A stretch of 64,000 nucleotides of DNA. Origin: Candidatus Parcubacteria bacterium (GTDB lineage: Bacteria > Patescibacteriota > Minisyncoccia > Phycocordibacterales > JAKFXT01). Position 1 is the first letter of the stretch. Each line of letters starts with the position of its first letter. The translations under genes and the position numbers were made by a program. Below, piece after piece: positions 35,324 to 43,623 of this stretch. Location: NCBI GenBank assembly GCA_021414235.1, contig JAIOOV010000004.1:342157-406156 (forward strand), written 5' to 3'. A model generated the notes under the pieces. It searched no databases. It was not told the DNA's origin and saw only the letters and a program-made list of their open reading frames with translations.

Positions 35324-35722
35324 TCATACCCGTGGGCGAGGTTGGAAGCAGAGCAGACGTTGGCAAGGATCTAAATATGCCGGGCTGGTCGTTCCAGGAT
35401 CGGCATTGTAGAGCTTCCGGACACAGATGTGATTCCGTGACCAATCCGGAGCGTTGCCTTGCTTGAGGTAGTGGTGGTTGAGGACGGGGCACCACTTGTT
35501 CTCTATGAAGACCTTGGTGACAGGGGATTCCTGGACATCTTCGTCGGCGATCGGCCGACAGTCCTGGTTATTGCAGCAGCCGTCGCCCTTGAGGTTCTTC
35601 CAATCCGAGTAATTGACGGACGGCTCATCGGCCTTGGTCGGATGGTGTTCCTCGTGTGCGGCTGCGGGGCTGCTCAAGAACCCCATGAAAAGAATCAAGG
35701 CGAGCAATGCTAAGCGTGCCAT
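35324..35722 (-). CDS. Secreted cysteine-rich small protein
   Basis: GGAGGG RBS, signal peptide MARLALLALILFMGFLSSPAAA, 8 Cys including GDGCCNNQDC. Start at the internal M (35722). Confidence 0.5.
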   Translation of the reverse strand: MARLALLALILFMGFLSSPAAAHEEHHPTKADEPSVNYSDWKNLKGDGCCNNQDCRPIADEDVQESPVTKVFIENKWCPVLNHHYLKQGNAPDWSRNHICVRKLYNADPGTTSPAYLDPCQRLLCFQPRPRV

Positions 35723-36187
35723 TGTTGCCCTCCATCTCGTTTGGTTTGTCTGATGAACTCTGACGAGCTTTATATGCCGAAGTGCGACTAAGGAAGGTAC
35801 AAAGATAGCTCGTCCCCTTAAGCCTACATCCAGGGGAGGGGAGGGCAACTGGACGGTTTGTTTGCGGGATGTCGTAAAAAAGAGCCGGGCCTGCCTTGCG
35901 GCGAACCCAGCTCAGTTGATTGCTCGGGGCGGGTTCTAAACCCACCAATTGATTCCTCCGAGCCGCTGTGACTTCGGAGGGTCAACCGCCGCAGGCGGCG
36001 CAGCCGACTGATCCTTCCGGTCCTCCTTAGGGGTTTCGGTCGGCTTCCTTACCCCCGTATCCTCGCGTTTCTGGTCGTCCATGAACCCCTCCATCCGGGT
36101 GATGACTTCTCAAAACGTATTTGTACTTCTTTCTCATAAAGGTAGACCTTGTCGTTAGAGGGCGCAATGTGTGGATACTGTCATAAC

Positions 36188-36216
36188 ACAAAACCCGCCT
36201 CGTGGCGGGTTTTTGC
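36188..36216. terminator. Bidirectional terminator downstream of the DoxX gene
   Basis: aaaacccgcc-tcgt-ggcgggtttt. Confidence 0.65.
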
Positions 36217-36236
36217 AGTTCCTCAGAAGAGGAGAC

Positions 36237-36632
36237 TTATGCAGACTTGCGGTTGTCTATGCTGAGGGTGCCTGCGCCATAGGTGGCGACGTAGAGGAGA
36301 CCGCCGATGATGGAGAGGTTCTTGAGGAACATGACGATCTGCGTCTCGTCCTGCAGGAAGTTATGGAAGAGAGCAGAGGCGACGAGGGTGAAGAGGATAA
36401 GCGCCCAAGCTCCCCAACGGGTCTTCCAGCCGAGCAGGAGGGAGAGGCCGCCGATGAGCTCGAAGGCGATACCGAGGCCGAGCATGAAGGAAGGCCACAT
36501 GACTACGTCTTGCATGTAGGCCGCCGTGCCGGCAAAGCCGGTGATCTTGCCGTACGCTGCGTAGAGGAATAAGGAAGCGATGAAGACGCGGCCTACGAGC
36601 GCGGCGTACTTCTCGGTAAATGCCATCAACAT
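36237..36632 (-). CDS. DoxX-family membrane protein
   Basis: 4 TM helices, LFLYAAYGKITGF..LLLGW pattern, 131 aa. Confidence 0.8.
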   Translation of the reverse strand: MLMAFTEKYAALVGRVFIASLFLYAAYGKITGFAGTAAYMQDVVMWPSFMLGLGIAFELIGGLSLLLGWKTRWGAWALILFTLVASALFHNFLQDETQIVMFLKNLSIIGGLLYVATYGAGTLSIDNRKSA

Positions 36633-36685
36633 GAAGTATTGCTAACTATTATGGGTAATGAGACTATTCTAACACCCTCATTTTT

Positions 36686-37141
36686 ATGCGCTATTGGCTG
36701 CTCAAGACCGAACCTGACGCCTTCTCCATAGACGATCTCAAGCGAGATGGCTTCACTTCCTGGGAGGGGGTGCGCAATTACCAGGCGCGTAATTTCCTAA
36801 GGGCAATGAAGAGCGGGGATAGGGTCCTCATCCACCACTCCAGCATCGCGGAGCCTGCGGTAGTGGGGGTAGGGGAGATACAGGGGGAAGCTACGCCTGA
36901 CCCCACCCAGTTTGATAAGAAAAGTCAGTATTTTGACGCAGCCTCTAAGAAGGATACCCCTCGCTGGACGACCCGGAAGGTGGTCTATAAAGGGATTTTC
37001 AAGGTCCCCGTGAAGCTTTCCTTCATAAAGCTCCATCCAGAGCTCAAAGGGATGCTCCTGGCCCAGCAGGGCAGCCGTTTATCGGTCCAACCAGTAGAAA
37101 AGAGCCATTTTGACCTCATTGTGAAGCTCGGGAAGGGGTAG
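36686..37141 (+). CDS. EVE-domain (PUA-like) protein
   Basis: MRYWLLKTEPDAFSIDDL..WEGVRNYQARNFLRAMKSGDRVLIHHS is the canonical EVE start; 151 aa. Confidence 0.8.
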   Translation: MRYWLLKTEPDAFSIDDLKRDGFTSWEGVRNYQARNFLRAMKSGDRVLIHHSSIAEPAVVGVGEIQGEATPDPTQFDKKSQYFDAASKKDTPRWTTRKVVYKGIFKVPVKLSFIKLHPELKGMLLAQQGSRLSVQPVEKSHFDLIVKLGKG

Positions 37142-37324
37142 GTTTAGGGCTCATTGTAGGCCTTGACAAGTAACTCCAGAAGTTATATAATAGACAGTAT
37201 CAGGGCCTAACCGGGCCTTGGTTTTAGTTTCAGCCATACCCCTTTTGGCGGCAGTCGCCATGGAGGGCACCGGTTACTAGCTAAACTTAGGCTTATACTT
37301 CCACTCATTATCGGACTCGCGCTC

Positions 37325-37822
37325 ATGTCCTCTGGGACCTCCACGCCGATTACCGTTCAGGGCAGCACCCAGGCCGTCTCTAATAAGACCCAGGTTGCGG
37401 CCGTTGCCACGGTACTCGAGACCAAGAAGGAAAATGCTCAGCGTTCTCTTGAAGCAGTCGTTCGCGAATACTTCAGCGACACGCCGATGCTAGCTGAGGT
37501 CGCACGTTGCGAAACTCGCTTCCGTCACTATGACCGCAAGGGCGAAGTCCTGCGCGGAGAGATCGACAACAACGACGTCGGCATCATGCAGGTCAACGAA
37601 CGCTACCATTTGAAGCGCGCAGAAAAGCACGGCTTCGATATCTACTCCTTGGAAGGGAACTTGGCCTACGCCAAATACCTCTACCTGGAGGAAGGTAGCG
37701 ATCCTTGGGCAAGTTCATCGCGTTGCTGGGGAGGTTATCGCGAGAATGCGACTAAGAGCGTCGCGATCAAGTCTTCGGCTTTCGCCAAGATCTCAGTCCC
37801 CCTCGTGGATCAAAATAATTAA
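37325..37822 (+). CDS. Lysozyme-like / lytic-transglycosylase (SLT, GH23)-like domain protein
   Basis: The ARCETRF..DVGIMQVNERYH..LAYAKYLY pattern resembles the SLT catalytic Glu, the G(L/I)MQ(I/V) motif and the YL motif. No signal peptide seen. The frame is open upstream to 37211 with no ATG. Confidence 0.45.
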   Translation: MSSGTSTPITVQGSTQAVSNKTQVAAVATVLETKKENAQRSLEAVVREYFSDTPMLAEVARCETRFRHYDRKGEVLRGEIDNNDVGIMQVNERYHLKRAEKHGFDIYSLEGNLAYAKYLYLEEGSDPWASSSRCWGGYRENATKSVAIKSSAFAKISVPLVDQNN

Positions 37823-37889
37823 GTCTCAGTTGAGTTTGGTAGAAAGAAATTAAAACCATCTCGACAGGGAAGAGAAAGATCTTCCAAAA

Positions 37890-37925
37890 CAGACCCGGAC
37901 GAAAGTCCGGGTCTGGTTGTTTACT
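37890..37925 (+). terminator. Rho-independent terminator
   Basis: cagacccggac-gaaa-gtccgggtctg followed by gttgtttact. Confidence 0.65.
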
Positions 37926-37949
37926 GGTTCCCAGGCTCGGGGAAGAGAT

Positions 37950-37991
37950 TAGGGATACGTCGCACAATATATCTTTTGCGACGTATCCCTA
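37950..37991. repeat. Perfect 14-15-bp inverted repeat with a 12-nt loop
   Basis: tagggatacgtcgca-caatatatcttt-tgcgacgtatcccta. No U-tract on either side. Confidence 0.6.
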
Positions 37992-38150
37992 TACAAACCT
38001 GGGTTTGGTTCCCGCTAAGCTCTGTAAGACTTCTTTCCTTGAATCGACTTTCGAGCAGATCTTTTGCTGTACCTTCTCCCTTAGTGATGATGACAAAAAA
38101 TTCCTCAGGTCTTCCCTCGACTCATGACATTAAAATTCTTCTTTCAACCA

Positions 38151-38200
38151 GTTTTAAAAATTCGACTTTCGATAGGGGACTCTCTCCCCTCTTTTTCTTT
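38151..38200. repeat. Copy 1 of a ~50-bp hairpin repeat (AAAAATT..TAGGGGACTCTCTCCCCT followed by a T-run)
   Basis: Core AGGGGA-CTCTC-TCCCCT at 38173-38189, identical in all three copies. Confidence 0.7.
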
Positions 38201-38210
38201 AATGAAGAAT

Positions 38211-38250
38211 GGCCGACACTGCATCGTCCCCTGTGGGTGCAGTGTCGGCC
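38211..38250. repeat. Perfect 13-bp inverted repeat 18 nt downstream of the 38268-38690 gene
   Basis: ggccgacactgca-tcgtcccctgtgg-tgcagtgtcggcc. Confidence 0.6.
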
Positions 38251-38267
38251 GGTTAGATAGCGACGCG

Positions 38268-38690
38268 TTAATCGCCAAGAGTCCAGAGAATGTGTACGAC
38301 GTTGCAGGAGGGCGTTGAGCACCGGAAAGCGATCAGGGGGTTGCTGAGAAGGCTCCGATTCTTGTACTCGTCCTTCGCCTTCTCAGCTTCGGCTTCCTGA
38401 TCATTCGCTGCGGCGCGCTGAAGCGGACTGTCGCAGACCCGGCAAACCGGGATCTTATCCCTGTCTACCCGCTCCAGCTGGCAATCGGCGCAATGATAGG
38501 TCACGTTCCAGCGCTCTTCGTGGTAGTTGTTGACCTGGTACGTGAAGGTCCATCGATGCGCGCACTCCTCTCGTACTTTTGCGAGTTTCTTCTGCGCGGC
38601 TACGATCTGGGTAGAAGCGTTGGTGATGATGGTGGTAGCCCGGTCGATCTCGTTGAGATAGCGCCTGGCCAGGGCTCGCGTGGTCGGCAT
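38268..38690 (-). CDS. Hypothetical protein with a Zn-ribbon-like CxxC..CxxC
   Basis: AAGGGAGAG RBS, 140 aa, YHCADCQ..(14 aa)..CRVCD, N-terminal helical region. Confidence 0.45.
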   Translation of the reverse strand: MPTTRALARRYLNEIDRATTIITNASTQIVAAQKKLAKVREECAHRWTFTYQVNNYHEERWNVTYHCADCQLERVDRDKIPVCRVCDSPLQRAAANDQEAEAEKAKDEYKNRSLLSNPLIAFRCSTPSCNVVHILWTLGD

Positions 38691-38763
38691 TCCAACTCTC
38701 CCTTAAGTAGTTCCGAGGAGATATTCCTGTATTTGGAGGTTTTTGTCTAGGGATTCCTAGGGT

Positions 38764-38812
38764 CTATCAAAAATTGGTTTTCAGTAGGGGACTCTCTCCC
38801 CTTTTTTTGTAT
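38764..38812. repeat. Copy 2 of the hairpin repeat
   Basis: Core AGGGGACTCTCTCCCCT at 38786-38802, followed by ttttttgtatg. Confidence 0.7.
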
Positions 38813-38835
38813 GAAAAGAAAAAGACCGCCGTCGG

Positions 38836-39594
38836 TTAGACATTGGTCTTAGTTTCTTGCCGACGAGCGATGACAGATTCTATCTTCTTAAGAAGCTCGG
38901 GTGTGCATTCGTCTCGACGGAAAAGAAGTCGCGGCTTGGGATTTTTTTCTGTGGCAAGCGGATTCCTGAACTGGCAGATTTCGATCCATTCAGTTTGGCT
39001 GAAAGCGATTCCGAAGTATCGGTTCCAGCCGCAATCTGGATAGAGACTGAAGTCGACCGCGTCTCGGTCGTGGTCTTGATAGGCGTTCCAGGCATGAAGC
39101 ATCGGCGCATTTAAGCTTGGACCAAAGACGAGGCCTTCAACATAGGTCATTGGCGGCCAGTGCTCGTTGACTGGCTCCTGACGTCTTTGATTATGAGCGT
39201 ACATCAAGATCGTCGCGTTGAAGAAACAGCATCGGGGCTTAGGCTCAATATGCGGGCGCCTCTTCCAGCGCAAGGGTGTATAGTCGGTCCCGTAACGCTG
39301 CAAGAAGTTGAGAGCCTCTGAATGCATGAAGTCCAGGTAGTTCATGTACCACTTAAGCCGCCAGGATGGAAGCATGTTTCGAGTAGCCGGATCGCCTCGC
39401 TGGAGATTCTGAAGAAATGGAACTATCTGATGCAGGCTCTCGTCGTGTCCATTCGGGAAGTACCTCGTGAACATGCTGTCGAGGTTTTTACGCCTTTCAG
39501 TGGCCTCTGGGGTGTTGCCATGAATTTCGTCCCAATAGGTTTTTGGGGGCGGGAGACAGAACTGAGTCTGTGTCCCAGTTGGCTGATTAGCCAT
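38836..39594 (-). CDS. Transglutaminase-like (papain-fold) domain protein
   Basis: Candidate Cys-His-Asp triad: PRCCFFNATILMYAH ... MLHAWNAY ... DHDRDAVDFS resembles the transglutaminase-core G.C..fA...HAW.EV..fDPT. 252 aa. Confidence 0.45.
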   Translation of the reverse strand: MANQPTGTQTQFCLPPPKTYWDEIHGNTPEATERRKNLDSMFTRYFPNGHDESLHQIVPFLQNLQRGDPATRNMLPSWRLKWYMNYLDFMHSEALNFLQRYGTDYTPLRWKRRPHIEPKPRCCFFNATILMYAHNQRRQEPVNEHWPPMTYVEGLVFGPSLNAPMLHAWNAYQDHDRDAVDFSLYPDCGWNRYFGIAFSQTEWIEICQFRNPLATEKNPKPRLLFRRDECTPELLKKIESVIARRQETKTNV

Positions 39595-39679
39595 GAGACT
39601 CTCCCTTCGGTTTAGTCAAATAACGCTTCAAGTGGGATATTCTCTAAAATTCTTCTTTTTGTCTAGAGACTCAAGATTT

Positions 39680-39730
39680 GTCCCAAAAATTTTGGCCCTC
39701 AATAGGGGACTCTCTCCCCTATTTTGTTTT
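39680..39730. repeat. Copy 3 of the hairpin repeat
   Basis: Core AGGGGACTCTCTCCCCT at 39704-39720, followed by attttgtttt. Confidence 0.7.
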
Positions 39731-39760
39731 GACTACTTAATACTCTTAAACTCTTTTAAT

Positions 39761-40294
39761 TTATTTTTGAATTTTTTCTAAAACAAGCCGCAATTCCTCC
39801 TCAATCGTCATCGAAGTTGTATCCAGCACCAGATCAAAGTTCTTAGGATCAAGGAAGTTATCGATGTCGTAGTATTTTTTATAGCGGTCAGTGATAGTCT
39901 CTTCGCGGTGTCTGGTGCGCTCACGAGCTGTTTCTATGGAAATGCCTTCACGATGCGCCACGCGGGTCAGACGAACCTCTTCGTCACAGGTCATATTGAC
40001 CTTGAGTGAGTGCGGGATAAATTTCCAAGCCAAGCGGCCATCAATCACGAAGTCTTGTTCGGTCTGACCTAGCTTCTCAGTACGTTCGTCGAGTGCCCGG
40101 TCGAATTGAGGGTCATGTCTGGCAGCCTCATCGATCTCATTTATAGTCATACCACGTTCTTCGGCCATCTGACGGAGCAAGTCCCCTGCAGAATATTTCT
40201 TCCAGCCGAGCTCGTTCTGGATCGCTTTACAGAGGGCGCTTTTGCCGACGCCCGCGAGCCCGGCGATGGTGATGATTCGCTTATTCGGGTTCAT
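39761..40294 (-). CDS. P-loop nucleoside-monophosphate kinase of the cytidylate-kinase family
   Basis: IITIAGLAGVGKS Walker A at the N-terminus, DGRL motif, 177 aa. Overlaps the upstream HD gene by 14 nt. Confidence 0.65.
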   Translation of the reverse strand: MNPNKRIITIAGLAGVGKSALCKAIQNELGWKKYSAGDLLRQMAEERGMTINEIDEAARHDPQFDRALDERTEKLGQTEQDFVIDGRLAWKFIPHSLKVNMTCDEEVRLTRVAHREGISIETARERTRHREETITDRYKKYYDIDNFLDPKNFDLVLDTTSMTIEEELRLVLEKIQK

Positions 40295-40895
40295 AAAACA
40301 GATGCTTATCCTTAGTCAGACGCTCAGCTAGTTCCTCGAAGAAATCAGCCGCTACGGCGTGCCCTTTGACCTTGGGACGCTTGTTCTCGAGGGTCATATC
40401 GAGAGTGACCTCGAGGCGTTTCCAGTTGCGCCCGCCGTCGAGGTAGACGTTCATGGGAGCGATGATCTTGTCGAGGGCGTAGATGAACTTAGCTTCCTCG
40501 CTTTCCTTACTCTCGTACTCCTTGATTGCAGAGATGAATTCCGGGAAGCGGCTCCCCCATTCCTTTTCCAATCTCTCCAGTGCTTCGGATTCCCGCACAT
40601 GCTTGGTCGCTACCGTACCTGCGTTCGGACCGAAGACGGGAGTGTCTCCGGCATACACTTCAGGGAAATCGTGTACTAGAGCGAAGCGTATGGTCTTGCC
40701 TATATCGAGATCGAGCTTGGCCTTGCCGATAAGGTACCAGGCCAGCATGGCGAGCTGGTAGGAATGCTCTACATCATTCTCTTCTATATCAGACCCGCGG
40801 CAGAGGAGTGTACGCTGGACTAAGCGGAAGTCGCTGAGGAGCGCGAGGAAGTCCAGGGCATCGGGGAGAAGGTTCTTGGTGCCTGGGGGGTTCAT
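40281..40895 (-). CDS. HD-domain phosphohydrolase (YfbR-like 5'-deoxynucleotidase type)
   Basis: HSYQLAMLAW..LVHDFPEVYAGD (H..HD..D metal ligands), 204 aa. Confidence 0.7.
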   Translation of the reverse strand: MNPPGTKNLLPDALDFLALLSDFRLVQRTLLCRGSDIEENDVEHSYQLAMLAWYLIGKAKLDLDIGKTIRFALVHDFPEVYAGDTPVFGPNAGTVATKHVRESEALERLEKEWGSRFPEFISAIKEYESKESEEAKFIYALDKIIAPMNVYLDGGRNWKRLEVTLDMTLENKRPKVKGHAVAADFFEELAERLTKDKHLFYEPE

Positions 40896-40907
40896 GGCGG
40901 TATCCTA

Positions 40908-42188
40908 CTACAAATATGACATCGGATTCATATAGGCCTTGAGGTCGGCCACCGGCATCTGCACGCCGCGGCAATTGGAGGCCCCTGAGGGGTTGTAAGT
41001 GACCACACGCACGCCCTGGCTTGCGAGGACCGAGAAGTGGAGGTGGGGACCAGTAGCGTAGCCGGTAGCGCCCGTATAGCCGATGAGGGAGCCACGGGCT
41101 GCTGTCTGCCCTGCCGAGACGTTCACGAGAGAAAGATGAGCATAAAGCGTGGAGAGGCCGTTGGTATGCTCGATGAGGACCCACTTGCCGTAGGAGTAGC
41201 AACCCGGCTTGCTGTCCGTGTTCCCTGTCGCCTTCACGATGCCCGCTCCTGCGGAGAAGAGCTTGGTGCCGACGGATGCGCCCAAGTCGATGCCATTGTG
41301 ACCTTTGCCGCTGTAGGCGCCAGACATGGCGAATTCAGTATTGCCGAAGTATTGAGTGATGACCACCTTCGAGAGCGGCCAGCCGAGGATGCCCTTGCCT
41401 GCCTTAGGAACGCTCGCCGGATCGATGACGAATTTAAGCTGGGCTTCGTAGCTTGCGATTTCCTGCAAGAAAGCGTCGCGACGAGCAGTTTTCTCCGCGA
41501 GAAGCTTCTTGTACGCAGCCTCGCTGTTCTTGGTCTCTGCAAGAAGCTTGTCCTTCTCGCGTTTGTTGGCTTCCGCGAGCGCTTTCTGATCCTGGAGCTG
41601 GCGCTGGTAATCGGTGAGTTTCTTCTTCTCAGCTTCGGTGGAGCGCTTGCTCTCGGCCAGGGTATCACGCAGCTCGGTGAGGTCGTTTACGTGCCGCTTC
41701 ATCTCCTCATTCACCGTCAGGATGTTCTCCTGGTCATTCCAGAAATCTCCGAGGCTCTCATACGAGAGGAGGGCGGCTGCGGTAGAGACCTGGTCGTGCT
41801 CGTAGAGGTTGCGCAGGGCTTCCCCGAGGCCGGAGCGCTGTGTCCCGATACTCGTCTCCTTGTCTACGATCTGATCGCCGAGCGAGAGGATGGTAAGAGT
41901 GGTCGCATTGATTTTCTTCTGAGTCACGGAGATATCCGCCGCGAGCTTCTGGCGGGTGAGGTCGAGTGACTTGATGGCGTTCTGGAGAGTCTTGGCGTTC
42001 TTCTGGGTAGCGTCTATCTGCGTCTGGAACGCGGCAATCTCTTTTTCAAGATCGGCGATTTCACGATTCCTCGCTTCTATCTGTGCTCTGAGTGTCGCCG
42101 CGTCCTGGGCCTGCGCGTAAAACGGCGCCAATACGAAAAGGGCAATTAACGCTGCATATGCGAAAAAATTGGGATAGGAACGGAGCAT
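40908..42188 (-). CDS. M23/LytM-family peptidase with an N-terminal coiled coil (EnvC-like)
   Basis: Signal/TM, about 250-aa coiled coil, C-terminal HNGIDLGA..GATGYATGPHLHF M23 motifs. Confidence 0.8.
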   Translation of the reverse strand: MLRSYPNFFAYAALIALFVLAPFYAQAQDAATLRAQIEARNREIADLEKEIAAFQTQIDATQKNAKTLQNAIKSLDLTRQKLAADISVTQKKINATTLTILSLGDQIVDKETSIGTQRSGLGEALRNLYEHDQVSTAAALLSYESLGDFWNDQENILTVNEEMKRHVNDLTELRDTLAESKRSTEAEKKKLTDYQRQLQDQKALAEANKREKDKLLAETKNSEAAYKKLLAEKTARRDAFLQEIASYEAQLKFVIDPASVPKAGKGILGWPLSKVVITQYFGNTEFAMSGAYSGKGHNGIDLGASVGTKLFSAGAGIVKATGNTDSKPGCYSYGKWVLIEHTNGLSTLYAHLSLVNVSAGQTAARGSLIGYTGATGYATGPHLHFSVLASQGVRVVTYNPSGASNCRGVQMPVADLKAYMNPMSYL

Positions 42189-42207
42189 CGGTTTTTCATA
42201 CTCGAAC

Positions 42208-43614
42208 TTATGCGCTCTTTAAGAGCGCTACGGCTTCCTGGAGACGACGAAGCACCTCCGTCTTTCCCAGGATATCACAGAGGGTCATGGGGTCGGGGGA
42301 GCGCTCGCGGCCGGAGAGGGCGGTGCGGAGGGGCCAGAGCACGTTCCCTCTCCCCTCTTTCTCCGCATAGGCCCAGATGGCCTCTTTGACGCCTTCCTTG
42401 GTGAATGAGCCTTCCTCGAGCTTCTCCAGGGCTCCTAGGACCCATTCCAGGTGTTTGGCGACCTTCTTGGGGGTCAGGGACTTCCCTTCCTTGGGGGTGG
42501 GGATAAGGAGCTTGGGTTCGTAGCTGGGGAGGGCAAAGAGGTAGTCGAATTCGCCTCCCTCCCACATGGCATCCAAATCCTTGAAGAGCGCGATACGATT
42601 TCTGAGTTCAGGAACCAGTTTATCGAAGCGCGCCTCATTCCAATGAGGGTTTGCGGCGATGCGGGAAGCGAGGACGGCATAGGCGTGCTTCTTGAAGGTG
42701 GTATCATCCATCCGCTTGATGTGCTCCTGGTTGATCCAGCGGAGCTTCTCCGGATCGAAGACTGCCCCTGCTTTCTGAACCTTCTCTAGGTCGAACTGCT
42801 CGATCAATTCCTGCGGAGTGAAGATCTCCTGGGTCGTGCCTGGATTCCAGCCGAGGAGAGCTAGGTAGTTGAGGAGCGCTTCCGGAAGGATACCTTCGTC
42901 GCGATAGTCGAGCGCGCTGATGGCGCCATGGCGCTTGGAGAACTTCTTCTTGTCTGGACCGAACACGAACGGGATGTGGCAGTAGATGGGGCGCTCTGCA
43001 CCAATAGCTTCCTGGATGAGGATCTGACGCGGCGTATTGTAGATACCGTCTTCACCACGGATGACGTGGGTGATGCCCATCACGGAATCATCGATGACCA
43101 CGGCGAAGTGGTAGAGCGGCTCTTCCAGAGATTTGGCGATCACGAAATCGCCGAGCTCGGTGGTGTCCACCTCAATCTCTCCGCGGACTAAATCATTGAA
43201 GACAACCTTCTTGTTCGGATTCTTGAGGCGGATGACCTCGTCGCGATGCTCGCGTTCCGAACTTTCTTCATCCTGGTCTTCCCCGCCGCCGGTCTCATAT
43301 TCTAGGTCCGCTTCTTTGGAGACGTATGCACTCCCCTCTTCTATCATCTTCTCCAGATATTTACGGTAAATGAGCGTGCGCTCCGACTGTCGGTAGATAT
43401 GGTCGAACTTGAGGCCGAGCCACTCCAGCGATTCATATGCATGATCCTCGTACTCGGGCTTGGAGCGCTTGCGATCGGTATCCTCGAAGCGGAGGATGAT
43501 CTCGCCGCCATGCTTGCGGGCGAAGAGGTAGTTGAAAAGCGCCGTACGCACGTTCCCAATATGCAAAGGTCCCGTGGGAGAAGGCGGAAAGCGAGTAATG
43601 ATTGAAGAAGCCAT
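42208..43614 (-). CDS. gltX: Glutamyl-tRNA synthetase
   Basis: PSPTGPLHIGN (HIGH) and KFSKRHG (KMSKS), 468 aa. Confidence 0.9.
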   Translation of the reverse strand: MASSIITRFPPSPTGPLHIGNVRTALFNYLFARKHGGEIILRFEDTDRKRSKPEYEDHAYESLEWLGLKFDHIYRQSERTLIYRKYLEKMIEEGSAYVSKEADLEYETGGGEDQDEESSEREHRDEVIRLKNPNKKVVFNDLVRGEIEVDTTELGDFVIAKSLEEPLYHFAVVIDDSVMGITHVIRGEDGIYNTPRQILIQEAIGAERPIYCHIPFVFGPDKKKFSKRHGAISALDYRDEGILPEALLNYLALLGWNPGTTQEIFTPQELIEQFDLEKVQKAGAVFDPEKLRWINQEHIKRMDDTTFKKHAYAVLASRIAANPHWNEARFDKLVPELRNRIALFKDLDAMWEGGEFDYLFALPSYEPKLLIPTPKEGKSLTPKKVAKHLEWVLGALEKLEEGSFTKEGVKEAIWAYAEKEGRGNVLWPLRTALSGRERSPDPMTLCDILGKTEVLRRLQEAVALLKSA

Positions 43615-43623
43615 ATATATTTT

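Noticed and set aside
37976-38260. 94-aa + strand ORF in the island
   Set aside because: It runs through two perfect long hairpins and a repeat copy. There is no RBS, and the composition is Ser/Leu-rich low-complexity.
38151-39730. Possible CRISPR array from the three identical hairpin repeats
   Set aside because: Only three copies, at irregular spacing (613 and 918 bp), separated by full protein-coding genes. There are no short uniform spacers and no cas genes.
37830-39760. Calling the low-GC island a mobile element
   Set aside because: No integrase, transposase, terminal inverted or direct repeats, or adjacent tRNA attachment site could be identified. I describe it only as an accessory island.
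41037-41969. 310-aa + strand ORF
   Set aside because: Antisense to the M23 peptidase gene.
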